This document shows positions 1 to 12,450 of a stretch of 64,000 nucleotides of DNA, piece after piece. This stretch comes from Sphagnum compactum (taxonomy: Eukaryota), in assembly GCA_965153455.1 (NCBI GenBank), contig OZ234494.1, forward strand, positions 1,364,001-1,428,000. The letters run 5' to 3'. The translations under genes and the position numbers were made by a program. How positions within the stretch are numbered: the first letter of the stretch is position 1; each line of letters begins with the position of its first letter. The notes beneath the pieces were generated by a model that did no database searches, was not told where the DNA came from, and saw only the letters and a list, made by a program, of their open reading frames with translations.

Positions 1-690
1 ATTCCAACCACAACAGAGAATGCAAACACATACTCAGACAAGGAAGATTGTGTGATATCTCCAGGCTACATGGATTGTAGAGAACATCCTTAAGAGACTC
101 CAAAAGGAACTTCATGTTTGTGAAGTATGCATTTTAGGGTTGAAGGGTTTGCTGGTAAAAGAAGTCACAAATCCAAAATTCTGATCCTCTGGAATGGAAT
201 GGCAGCAGAAGAGCCCAAGCTGGGGGATAGTTGCATCTGCCTCCTTCCATGTTTCATTTTGATTGTCAGAGTTTGGGGACCAATTTCTTCCTCAAACGCT
301 TGCAAAAATGACAAAAGATGTAGCTAGCTACCTGAGCGACAAGACAGGAGCTGAAGGTCCAATTTCCAGTCCTTAAAGAGCTTCTTCAGAATCAAGAACA
401 CCAGACACTAAGGACATGTCTGAAGATGTGAAAAGCAACAACTCCTTAAATAATGCAAAAATTCCTTACACAATGCGTGTGCAACAAACGAAGAAGTCAT
501 AACAGAATCACAAGAGAAAAGAAGACGGGACAGCATAGAAATGTTCATTCTAAGACCACAAACACTACAAGAAGATAACACATTGCCAAAAAAAAACCCT
601 TACCCTACAACATGCACATTCCTTCAAGAATTGAAGAAAGCCGAAGAAGCAGGACTTGTACTGAAAGTATCTGAGACAGAGAGCAGCTAG

Positions 691-1977
691 TTATCGCCAA
701 CGTCCTACTCTCTCGCGCTCATGCGCAGACTCGCTATACTTGCTCCAGCAGTAATCTTTGTTAAGAGGCACCTTGCCAATTTTATTGCCAGAAAACGGAA
801 AGTCGCCAAAGCTGCTCCTCAACACTCCCCTCAGCTGTGTCTTGCTCAGAAAGGTAAGGACGCCTGTGTTGACGTTGCCTTCATAATCAAGCTGGATCTC
901 ACCCTCTCCAGTTTCTCGGCCTCGCCATGAGAACTCAACGTCCTCGGCCGGAAATTTGGATGATGATAATGGAGGTTCCGTGGTGGAGCGAAGAATGCCT
1001 TTCAGAATCCCCATCCGGAAGTTTGCACACAGCAGGCGAGAGGTAGTCATCACAGCTGAGGGGTTCTGTTTTTTCTTCTGGTTGCTTTGATCATCGTCAG
1101 AATGACAACCCGAGCTGTAATCCGAGCAGCCTTCTTCTTCTTCTTCTTCCTCTGGTAGAGGCCTGTGGAAAAAAATGGACATCCTTCTATCGGCTTTTCG
1201 GTACTCCTTGTCCATTTTGCTGCAATCAATCGACCACTCACCCTCTACATCCACAAACTTTCCCTTCCCACCTGCTTCACATTCCTTGCGCATCGCTTCC
1301 GTCTTCTTCCTCTTGGCATTTGTCTCCTCATCTTCCCACAGCTTGCGCTTCTTCTCAATCTCACTCTTGCGGTCCCAGACAGCTGCTCGGTTCTTACCAA
1401 CCACAATCCAACGGGCACCAGCGTCACCAGGAGCATCAGCACTAATTGTGTGCAAACCCAACTCTTCAGCAGCTTCATGTACTCGTTGTCTTTGTTGGAT
1501 CTGAAGCACCAACACCTCTTCCTTCCCCGTTTCACCAAACTTCTCGCGAAGAAATCGATGGCTATCGAATTCAGCCTTCGCATTGTCGTCCAACCTAAGG
1601 TACTGCTTATCCCTCGCCTTCGCATTCTCTAGTAAGAACCGCCGATTAAGCTCCAGTTCAAGCTGAACCAGATGCTCCGGAGGACCTTGCAAGCCATTGG
1701 AGAGGGCAGTTTTGAGGCTATCACTCAGAGTGGCGATGGTGCTCGCAGATTTGATCTTGCACCCATACAGTTGCAGTTGAGCGAGCCACCAATCTTTCGA
1801 TCGCTTCAATGGGGTTGCCGTCGTGCTTTTCCGCTTAGGAAAAAGCCAGGCATTCAGGTTGTCGATTGTCTCTCGACATTGGCCCTTGTACGTAAGACCT
1901 GCACCAGAGCACTCAAAGGGAGGCGAAGAAAGGGGTTTGATAACAATAGGTTCAAGCATGGGAAGGCTCAAATCCAT
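691..1977 (-). CDS. Intronless 428-aa uncharacterised protein with motifs resembling a fungal hypothetical-protein family (HGT candidate)
   Basis: Single uninterrupted ATG-to-TAA ORF, visibly richer in GC and CpG than its flanks. Motifs: N-terminal DWWLAQLQLYG...PEHLVQLELEL, central KAEFDSHRFLREKF, an acidic tract, and C-terminal FSWRGRETGEGEI...GVLTF...FSGNK...WSKYSESAHERERVGRW. Family resemblance is from memory, not a search. Confidence 0.8.
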   Translation of the reverse strand: MDLSLPMLEPIVIKPLSSPPFECSGAGLTYKGQCRETIDNLNAWLFPKRKSTTATPLKRSKDWWLAQLQLYGCKIKSASTIATLSDSLKTALSNGLQGPPEHLVQLELELNRRFLLENAKARDKQYLRLDDNAKAEFDSHRFLREKFGETGKEEVLVLQIQQRQRVHEAAEELGLHTISADAPGDAGARWIVVGKNRAAVWDRKSEIEKKRKLWEDEETNAKRKKTEAMRKECEAGGKGKFVDVEGEWSIDCSKMDKEYRKADRRMSIFFHRPLPEEEEEEEGCSDYSSGCHSDDDQSNQKKKQNPSAVMTTSRLLCANFRMGILKGILRSTTEPPLSSSKFPAEDVEFSWRGRETGEGEIQLDYEGNVNTGVLTFLSKTQLRGVLRSSFGDFPFSGNKIGKVPLNKDYCWSKYSESAHERERVGRWR

Positions 1978-2340
1978 GGCTAGTACTCACAGTCGCACGC
2001 ACAATTCTTCTACATACACAAAGCTATCAAAACCGCCTTCAAAAAATGGAGTCCTATCGGTTGTGCAAGCTTCTGAAACAGACAAACAAACAAAAAAACT
2101 GCAGACTATTTCCGCCAAGCAAGCCGCTACTCTACTACCCTAAGCGTTACATCAGGTACTCGACATACCTCATCATCATGCCACAGGGTGCAGCAGGGAG
2201 TACGAAGGAGAATGCCTATAGGAGGAGAGATTGGGTGACGGACGCTGGAAAACATACACCCGAGTTTTCAAACTTCAAACTTCAAATTAGTGTCGTGGCG
2301 GGTTAGCATCAGAATTTTGTCAGAATCGGAATCTAACTTT

Positions 2341-2472
2341 CCCCCGGGTGGTGATTCTTTCATTGCATTGCCGTGTTTAGCGAGCGGCGGGTGAGAAGTT
2401 AGAACTTAAACGTCCCTCCCCCCCCCCCCCGGTGGGTGGTTCTTTCATTGCTTTGCCATGTTTAGCAAGAGC
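2341..2472. repeat. ~45-bp imperfect direct duplication upstream of the 428-aa gene
   Basis: ccccgggtggtgattctttcattgcattgccgtgtttagc at ~2342 versus ccccggtgggtggttctttcattgctttgccatgtttagc at ~2427. Confidence 0.7.
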
Positions 2473-2614
2473 TGTTGAACCACAAAAGCAAGCCTTGAGC
2501 TCGCATTTACTTACGTCGCCAACGACAAGCTCAAGCGGATTCGTTCATATCCGTTTCACCAAATGAAGAGCAGCCAAATGTTTCCGCGATGATGATAATA
2601 AGTGACTCAAAATG

Positions 2615-2741
2615 CTCCTGATTTACAGTGTCTTCTGGTCGTGAATCTCCGCCTCCTGATTTGGTTGTGTCTTCTGCTCATGAATCTCCTCCTCCTGATT
2701 TGGTTGTGTCTTCTGCTCATGAATCTCCACTTCCTGATTTG
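2615..2741 (+). repeat. 39-bp tandem repeat, about 3.3 copies
   Basis: Unit ctcctgatttggttgtgtcttctgctcatgaatctcctc; reads PDLVVSSAHESPP in one + frame. Confidence 0.9.
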
Positions 2742-5700
2742 CTTATGATTCTCCACTTGCTGCTGATCAATCTCCCAGTTTAATAAAAGAATCAAAATGC
2801 TTGTTTGCTTGGAGATTCATCATGTTTCATCATCCAGAGCCTCATGAAGTTGGACTGATGAGGAAGCTGTAGATTAAGCTTTCCCTTCCGTGCAAGCAGA
2901 ATTTGTAGCTTACTCTGTTTCCATGAACCAGGAAATTTGGAATGAAGATTGTGTGATTTGGAATGCAAATCAAGTGCCAATGCTTCTTGCTCTTCAAGCT
3001 CCTAAGTACTTGAACGTGGATTTGATGACAGAAATCCAGTGCTAATGTTTCTTGCTCTTCAACAAGCTCATGGAGTACAGTACACGCAAAGTACTTTTTA
3101 TTGAGATCACATGCACAGATTTGGAGATGCCTAGCACATCTGCAACTGAGATACAACTTACATATGCAATTACAAGCAAGAATAGATTTCTGAGATGTAT
3201 GTTTTGAGAGTAAACAAGACATGATCTAGTTCACAAATTGCAAGTTTGCTGCTAAGAGTACATGTCAAACGAAGCACCAAGAATCGAAGAATCAGTTGCA
3301 CAGCTTACAATCCTGCTTTGGCGTGTTCTACAAAACTCTCAAAGTAACCCTTTGGCATGTTCTATGAAAAACTCTTGAAGCATGAAAAGTTCATACAAAA
3401 AGATTGTACAAAACCTTACAAACAAGGGATAAACTTTGAAGCACAACAAGGCATGTGTTGGAATTCAAAAGATGCTTCAAAAAATCAAACACGTAAGAAA
3501 AGAGGTAGAAATCTAGCAAGAATGAATGTATACTTTCATAGGTGTCATGAACCCTCCATACCTCCGATTTTAAGCCAACTTGATAAGAAGTAGGAATCAA
3601 AAGATGAGAAATAATTGAAAATAAGGTCATCGAGAAATAAGATTAAAACAGCATATTAGGGAATAAGAGAAAAAGAAACCCAAAAAACATAAAGAATGAA
3701 ACTAAGGAACAGTTTTTCAGACTGCAACAATCACATGCATATCCAAGGACCTTCAACATGTTGTATGGTATTGATGAACTGCCATAACATCTCCATTGAC
3801 CCCATCGTCTTTGAGTAGTGGGTGAAGGTCATGTATTGATCAACATATTGAATTTCTACCACAAGACTAGCAATAATAACAAGAAACTCAACCATGATAC
3901 TAATGAGCTCAACAAAACCATGAGGAAAAAGGATGTTTTCATTAATATATCTTAACACTTACAATCTAAGTCACGATTAAAAGAATTGAGAGATGACTGA
4001 ATAATAAGGTTATGATGATATTCCATATCTAACAACATAATCGCAACCAATCAACTAGCATAAATGAAAGGAAACCCAACCCTGATGAGAATCAAGATAT
4101 CTTCTTACTCATTGTTACAAAAGCCACAACAAAGTTTTAACTTTTCCTTTAAGTCAAAAGAAGACTTCCAACTAAGGATTTATAAAACAAGGAAGAAGGA
4201 ACACAAAGGGAATGAACTAGAAAAAAAACAAAAACAAGCAATATGAACAAAAGTGACAAGCTCTCACTTCTTCAAAGACCATCAACATTGTAACATGTAT
4301 GATAAGAACTAATCTATCACAACTTCCCCACTAACTCTATCGGCTCCACTAACTTCATCAAGTACCTACAATGGGTATAGGTCAACGTAAACATTAGCTT
4401 GTGTACTTATAAGTACAAATTAAGCTCACAAAATGAATTAGCTTGGAAAGGTATAGAGATCGACATAGTAGATAGCAGTTGGGGCCTCTTGTACCTTAAC
4501 ATGTCATTTAAACTCATCACTAGTAACGACTTGAATGCAAAACATCTACTAAAGTTAGTAAAAAATATATCTGTGAAATTGCAAAGAAATCTCCACAACA
4601 ACATTTGAAGGTGACATGGCTAAGTCATGTCAGAGCCTCGTGAAAGTCCTTCATAAAATGTCAAACCATCACTTTGATTGTCAAGCATTAGCAAAAAAAG
4701 TTTAGCGTATCTATACTTGCTAGCGAACTGTCTACTATTGATATGGATGGAGGTTAATGTCAAACATTAACCAATGTATTTAAGTTCCTGTCACAAGACC
4801 AGCAGTAAAAGGAAAACTTTGCCAGGATGTTGGCCGGCTCACCAAAACATAAGATGGAAGACCCAAAAAACACTTCAAAGAAAATGGAATATGAAGACAA
4901 AGAAAGAAAAAAGGGAGAAGGCCAAGAAATGGAAAATCCCAAAAAAGAAAGGGGGAAGAAAACAGAGAGAAATAAGAAGGAAAGCTTTGCAAGCAAGAAC
5001 TTACAGGATAAAGTTTTAGAAAAGCTCCCTACTTGTCCTGACTTGGGATAGAAAAGCCTTTGAAATGGTCATTTTGAACATCCCAACTGCAGAAACGCCG
5101 AACAGAAATCTGGCTTTGTCAAAACCAACCTCTTGTTTGATTTAAAAGAAACTTTGGTGCGTAACCTTTTTCCCTCAGCAGACAAATCAAGCTCACCATT
5201 TGAACTCGTTGGTGATACAAAGCCTTAAGAACGTGATAAACTGACTATTGACCACTCCAAATTTCACAGAATATTGGAGTCCACATGAGGCATGCAGAAC
5301 AAATATTATCCATATCATCACAAATGCTGTGAATTTCTGCTACCTACACTTAAAATCAACCTAAATAGAATTGAGAGATGACCTGACAATGAGGATATAT
5401 ATATATAAGATCTGAAATAAATAACAGCAACAATCAGCAGTCAAGCATGAAAAAAGAAAAAATTCAACCCTAAAGAGAAGAGAAAACCAGACCAAAAATT
5501 AAGGAGCAGTTTGAACAACAGCAATGGACATACGCATGTTTAGGGACATGTTATACATGTGTTTCTACATGTTCAGGAATACTAAGCCCTTGATGGTCCC
5601 TGAACACACAGATGACCATATTCTCTACTAACCATATTGCTGGACCGGACAGGTTTAGCAACAGAGTGACTCTCTCTGTTGCTAACCCTAGGCATCCTGA

Positions 5701-7564
5701 AAACAAAACTGATATCAACACACCTGCCTCCAAACTTGTGGTGCAACAGTTAGATTATCTCATCTGTGGCTGTGAAGGAGTGTTCTGGCAATTGTTTAGT
5801 CTACCAGGACAGCTCCAACAAATGAGCTCCTAGCATTTCCCCTTGAATGAGAGAATAAGAATTTCACTCTTGATTCAGCATCCAGCTTCACTCCAATGCA
5901 ACTGGGTAGGCTTCACAGAAGCACAAACAGGCTGCAAAACAGTCATTTGGCGGAAGGGAAAGAGCTCAAAACCTCCAGAATTCATCTTGAAAGAATCTCA
6001 GACTATTGAGCAGAATCTGTTTGAACTTAAGATGGCAGTACTCTTGTGACCTGGTGCTGGATTGAACAAGAATCAAGCATAACCAAATAGTACTAAGTAA
6101 TGTGAAACCGTAAACCCTGGACCATGCATTCTCTCAGGCATTCCAATACAAGGATCAGTGACGCTTGGCAGATTACTCAGTCAAAACTTTCAAGGAGACT
6201 TAGGCTTAACTTTTTTTTGTTAAGTCCCTCTGCTGCTCCTGTTGTTTGGCCTATTTTGGGAGGGTCACTCTTCACAAAAATTGACTCTCTACTATCACTT
6301 CCAGTAGTGTGGCTAGAGGTGCAATTTCATACATCACCAGCACACCAGGTTTCTGCCACAAAACCATCAGCTACAGAAATACTCAGCCTTGATGCTGGCT
6401 AGGCCAATAAAAGCTAGAAGCGAACGAGAACACTGATGAAAGTAAGAAGAAAAAAGAACACCAAAAAGAGGGAAAGATTTAGAAACCTAACAAGAAAAGA
6501 GGAAGAAAACAAGAGACAAAACAAAAAAGAGAACTTTAACAGCGTGATCATTTTTAAGGCCCTTGAAAGAATCATTCACAATTTCAGAGTTGAAATCAAA
6601 CAGAGATTTTTTTTAGTCGAGCTCTGCACTTGCTTACCGAAAGATGCAATTGCATTCGGAATTGAATTGAGCATTGGTAACGAAAATTCGGGCGCAACAC
6701 ATTTCAAACCAGATCGTGAGAACCGAGTTGCAAGGAATAATGGAAAACGGGAATTATAGTTGGTTGAGAAAACGAGAACAAAAACAACCATGTCGAGCTT
6801 TTTTCTTACAAAAATTCAATGTTGTATTTCAGACTCACCAGGTTCTTTGCTTCTCCTTGGAGACCCACTCCGCTGGACAATAACCCAAGACCAGGTCGAG
6901 ATTCCGTAGGAAGGAACTACAGTATAAGAACTCATTATTAGAGGAGCACAAAGAGGTGCACTTAAAGACCATCTTGATCTTGGTTGTGCAGTTTGAGCAC
7001 AGAAAAAGCATGAACAAGATTTACAACTTGCAAGTTCAATGTAGTTGGAGAGAAACTAGTTCAAAACAGTTTATATTTTGAGTAGTTTTTATCACTAAGT
7101 AGAGAAGAACCCCAATGGGGGGAGGGAGGCAACAGCCCCATCGCAACTAAGTAGAGGGAAAACCCCCAAGGTGGGGGCATTTTCAAAATAAGCCCCTAGG
7201 TACAAGTAAGTAGATGCACCAAGGAAAAACAGACACTTGCAAATCTTAAAATCCTCCTCTACCATGCCCCAACACAAAACAGGAGGAAACAAAAAAACAT
7301 TCAAAATCCTCTTTCACCAAAAACCAAATTGATATCCTATCAATTGCATAATACCTTACAGTCCTAATAGGTACATGAACAAAAGACCATCTCATCTGAG
7401 GATCTGATGGACATTCTGTGCATTCCAATTTCTGAAAAAACTGAGTTTCTACAGTTTGCAAATGAAGATTTGGTGCTCTTGAATTGCCAGCAGCTGGCTC
7501 CCCTTCAATACAACTGGTGAGAGGAGTCTGCCAATGAGAAGACAATTCCATGGCATGAAAATGG

Positions 7565-8786
7565 TTATGAGGCAGCTGGGAGGAAGAGGAGATTTGCTCC
7601 ATTATTTGAAAGTCTTGTCCTTTGAAGTTCAGGCATAGTGACATCCAGAAACATTCCAAGGGATTTGTAACCTGCAGCTTTGTTGTCCAACTCATACCCG
7701 AATCGCGTTTTGAAGTCATTCTTCAAAGACGCTTGATCATATCCCTTGCCTGCTGGCTGGCCTGCAAAGATTTCTCCTAGCAGAGACCGGCAATCTGTTT
7801 GTAGCTTTGCCAACCTGATAGTGTTCAGGTTTGAATTTTGACCCACCTGATCAGCAAGCTGCACTCCTATAGTAAATGTCATCTTTCTCTTCTTGTGATC
7901 TAAGTCTACACCAGCACCTCCCAAGTCACAGTCAGAAGCAAATCTCTTCAATGGTTGTACTGGGGCTGGATCAATTCCTGTCCCAAAATTTTCCAAATTA
8001 GCTTGATTTTCATGTTGCTCATGTTGATCCAGCACCTTAAGTGGAAGCTGCAATCGATCAGGAATGATGGTGAAGAAGGAACCAGGCCATTCAGCAAGCA
8101 CACGATGCAACAATCCAAACTTGGCAGCTTGTGGAGTCGCCTGAAAGATTCGATAGCCTTTCAAATGCATCTGGTACAACACAGATGCAAATATTCTATC
8201 TTGCACATCAGAGATGATGACAATATAATTGTGTTCAGATGGAGAATGATCAAGTGCCCAGAGTAGTAAATCTGCCATCATCTCCTTGCAAACCCCATCT
8301 CCAGTACTTCCTGCAAACAATATCATTGCACACAATCAACAAAACACAAGAACTACATTAGAAACAAAATTTCAAAGGGATGGCCAACAGCGCTCATTCA
8401 GCTGCGATGTCTTACAACGTGCAGCATGTAAAGGGTTAAAGGGTTGAAACTTTACCTGCAGCTCGAGTATCGCTTGGAACTGGACAATGGCGCAAAACGA
8501 AGCCAGGATTCCGGAAGAGGATGCTCTGGACCACGTGCCAGGGCTTGCATTGTGCCGCACACTGCTGCCCAAGTAGATCACCGTAAGCATACACGGCACC
8601 CACACAAGATCCATGAAATCCAAAACAATTCAGCTCGTCAATTTGCTGCTCAACCCACTCGAGATCAGCCGATCCCGCAGGATTAGTACTACTACTACTA
8701 CTACTCTTTTGATCGCCAGCTGGATCAACAACTGCTGCATCAAGTGGTTGGTAGCTCAGCAAGTCCCACCACACGCAGGTCTCCAT
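7565..8786 (-). CDS. NYN (PIN-like, LabA/DUF88) domain plus C-terminal LOTUS/OST-HTH protein, MARF1/limkain-b1-like; 2 exons (8786-8456, 8310-7565), ~358 aa
   Basis: Exon 1 has METCVWWD, VYAYGD and LRHCP. A GT-AG intron (8455-8311) joins it in frame (G|GA). Exon 2 has MMADLLLWALD, YIVIISD and LYQMHLKGYRI (NYN) and LKNDFKTRFGYELDNKAAGYKSLGMFL (OST-HTH). Alternative in-frame ATG at 8795. Confidence 0.8.
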
Positions 8787-11319
8787 TTCGATCATCCAAT
8801 ATTTCTTTCTTAAAGATCGAATTGGAAACTTGAGACCTCCATTTCCAAAGTAGCCTACAAGTACTATCTTGTTTGGAAGAGCACTGGTATGCAAAGTCTG
8901 CGCTAGAAGCCTCTACACCTCCAACCCAAAACCAGACACAGCAACAAAAGTCTTGAAAATGAATCCACAAGGCACGTAAATGGCGGCACCAACTGGAAGT
9001 TGGATTGGGTAATCAATGTTAGGGGAAGCTGACAGATTCTAGTTGCAAAATTAGGGTACTTTCAAGTAGGTTTGAAACAAGAGACTGGCTGCCGGTAATG
9101 AAGAAGACTGATGTGTTTGCTGATTTCGGCTCTGCATTTATTGATGTAAAAATGACCATAACTGTATTGCAACAATCCAGGATCAGAAGCTAGATCTGAT
9201 TTCCTTTCTCAACTACCCACCAAATCTTATTGAATGTCTTACTAGCTCATCAAATAACAGCATAAGTATTACTGTTGAATGGGAGGTGGGTGTCTCCAAA
9301 GGGTGGAAGCTAAAGTGGTAGCCAACCTATTCCTTTGCTTGTTTGCTTGGTGCTTTGATTTGAAGACCAATGAATTCATAGTTTTTGCAAGAGAAGAATT
9401 CTGATGAGAGAGAAGAGAATTGGGACTATTTTGGTCATTGTAGTGTCAGAAGCTTCACAACCAGAAGTATGCCCCCTCCCCCCCACCCCCCCAAAAGACA
9501 AAAGAAAAAAAAATCGTCTACTAGTCTGTGGAGCTTGGAGGCAGTTAAAATTTCCCTCAATAGCACAAGGGAAATTTTCATCTTTCTTGGCACCTGTTGT
9601 GGTTTGTTTAATACCCAACATTTGAAGCTATTGTTGCTCATGAATGTGTGCTTAGTAAGTTAGCAACCTATGTGTGAATAACTTTGTCTATTATCAGAGT
9701 GGAACATTTTTAATTGTTAGGGGTATTGAGGAGTTAGTTTTTAGATCTTTAAACAAATGTCTGATGGGTATTCAATGGGTCTATGTTTTTATTATGAAAT
9801 TTTATTTATTACGGTATTTGCATCTACATCCATCAGGTATGACAAAATTAACACTTTGATTCATATGCCAACTACAAAAAACCCTTATAAATCAAGGGTT
9901 TCATTGCTTGTGGAGTCCATGTATGTCTGTAGATATTTGTTGATTCAACCTAAAAACACATATACCTCTATGGTCTCACCAAACATGGTCGCTATCCAAT
10001 GCATGAAATACCCACATTTACATGTCTTGGTTTCACTTCAACCCCAAATGGTGATTAAACACTTATTCTTGTCATGTTTATTTTTCAGTTTGGTGCAACA
10101 TCTCCCTTTACAGTGCTTTCGTGGAGTCTATTCATCCGCAATTCCATAAGATATCAGTTGTGCAAAAGAGTATTTGCATCTAAAGATACAGCTTTTTAGC
10201 TTGTAAACACACACACTTTACAATATACTAGAGAATGCAGTTATGTTCACCGTAAGCAAGCAAACAAGATTTTTGATGCAAATAGCAGACTTGCAGCAAA
10301 GGTGATAGCCATCTTCATTGTTATTGATGCAGCCTGCTTTTTGCATGGAGTCTTCTGAGCATGTCAATGACATTGTGTCAAAGATCTCATGTGTTCTTCT
10401 TTCCTAAACGTACCCATTATTGCATCATTGATACATCTAAGTTAGATGTTGTGTGGTTGTATTGAATGGTAGATAGAAATTTGATGCCATGCGGCCTGGC
10501 TCAGGAGGATGGTACTTAGTTGGGATTCTTCTACTGTAGTAGCTCGCCAGCTTTGTCACTAATTATATTATCTGGAGAAATGCTGATTACGGAGGAGCAA
10601 TACGTGTTCCAAACTTATGCTACCAATCAATATGCAAGTTGTATATCTCACGATGCTCTCTTTTTCTCTTGTATGTTGTGCCTTGTTTTTGTTACTTCAT
10701 TGGCCACAAAATCTCAAAAAATTGTTTCCTTCTGATTCCTTTGACTCCGATCCCACACTTACTACAGCAATGGAAATAGAAAAGTGATGGGATTGAAATG
10801 AGAGCAATACATTTTTTTACTTGAAATGAGAGCAATACGATTAGTACTTGAATATGATTTTTCACTTGACATTATTGCAAGTCTGATGGTTTTGACAATG
10901 AGACTTTTGTTCGGATCAACTTTCAAATCTTACAACACACTTGTAAAAGAACCATTCAGCATCCTGCAAGTTCATAGTTTTCAGAGAATTCTGAAAGCTT
11001 TATTTGTCACCAAGCATATGGAACTTTATGAGAACCCTACTTGAAAAAGAATGAGGTGTGTCTTCTTTCTCCAAACTTCAAACTTGCATCCAAATAAACA
11101 AAAATACAAAAGTGAAAAAGAAACACTTTATTTTTATTATACAAAATAATAATAAAATCAAAAAACACATAAATTTTTTTTAAAAAAAAAGATAAAAGGT
11201 TAAAAAAAAAACTAAAACATGAACCAAACATTGTTGAAATAACACACCTGTGCATTAGGCACGGGGTTCAAACTAGTATGGAACTTTATGAGAAAATTGT
11301 GTCAAAGTCTCCAGATTTT

Positions 11320-11775
11320 GAGGATTTTTTTTTCCCAAAACCTCCATATTTAGACATTAGGTTCTAGTAGGTCACCAAAATATAACAGGATTCCTAAAAT
11401 TTTCTACTTTCCCCTATGAACTAACTGTAGCCAAATTTGACTACTTCCTCTTATGGATGATTGCTAGTGTCGTTACATCCAAAAAATTGAATTTTTTTTG
11501 TAATATTGAATTACGACAGAATTTATTTAGTGAATTTTTGTCATTTAGTGATTTTTTTTTTCCAAAGTGCAAAAAATGAGTGTTTTTTTGGGGGTTTTGA
11601 TTGTTAAATTTAGATTTTATTTATTTTTTAATTTTTGACATCTCCTACATCTGGTTCCAATTGGTAGCCAACAATACACAAGGATGCTCAAATGTTTCTA
11701 CTTTCATTTTTTGTCTAAAGCCAAATTTCACTAAATCATGTATGATTTGGGGCACATCACAAATTTGGAAAAAAT
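11320..11775. repeat. Dispersed MITE-like repeat family (agccaaattt...gatgat...acatcacaaaatt); other copies ~17970-18035 (inverted), ~53570-53670, ~55155-55300
   Basis: The same degenerate motif order recurs at several loci in both orientations, with no coding capacity. Confidence 0.6.
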
Positions 11776-12299
11776 AAACAAACACTCGCTCGCTCGCTCG
11801 CTTGCTTGGGGAAGAATGGTGTTGAGAATAAAAATAGAAACACAACATGAAATATTTACAACTTTGGTTTGGAACAAATTTTGGGATTTGTTTGAAGAAT
11901 TCATTGAGAATGTTTGGGAACTAAAGAGAGAGAGAGAGAGAGAGAGCTCGGGAACATTGTTGACAATATCAGGGACATCAGTGAAAACCTTTTGGTTGGG
12001 AACAAAATTAAATTAATGTGTTGGGATTTGAGGATAGGGGCCAAGGTACTAAGAATGCTGAGTTCAACACATCCTCATTTACTCTCGTTGCAATGCATCA
12101 TTCTCTTAGGGTTACATACTACTACGAGATGGTACAATGGCTTTTACCAAAACCCCATTCGTCGTTTAACAAAGTTGTCGAAGTTTTGCTTTAGGAAATG
12201 TAACCCTCCTACTTCCACCTTGCACTAACTAATTAACTCTTTAATTAGTTAATTAATTAACTAAGTAAAAAAATAAATAAATAACTAACTAATTAATGT

Positions 12300-12450
12300 A
12301 TGTAAGAATCATAGGTAAGTCATAGGCAATGTAAGTGTTCACTATATAGGTAGGTAGGTACGTAAGTACGCAAGGCACTTGGTGATTACTAGGTAGGTTG
12401 ATGCATGTGGACGAATCAATACATAGCTAACCGCCACGGTTAGCTATGAC
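12300..12450. repeat. gtaggtag-rich element ending in the hairpin catagctaacc...ggttagctatg; second copy ~20420-20606
   Basis: Palindromes catagctaaccgccacggttagctatg (12422-12449) and catagctaaccacaatt...aattgtggttagctat (20562-20604), each preceded by similar gtaggta-rich sequence. Confidence 0.65.

Noticed and set aside
721-2143. Several + strand and alternative-frame ORFs over the 428-aa gene
   Set aside because: Shadow ORFs of a GC-richer coding region with no recognisable motifs.
4760-5051. Lys/Glu-rich or hydrophobic short ORFs
   Set aside because: They arise from purine-rich low-complexity sequence.
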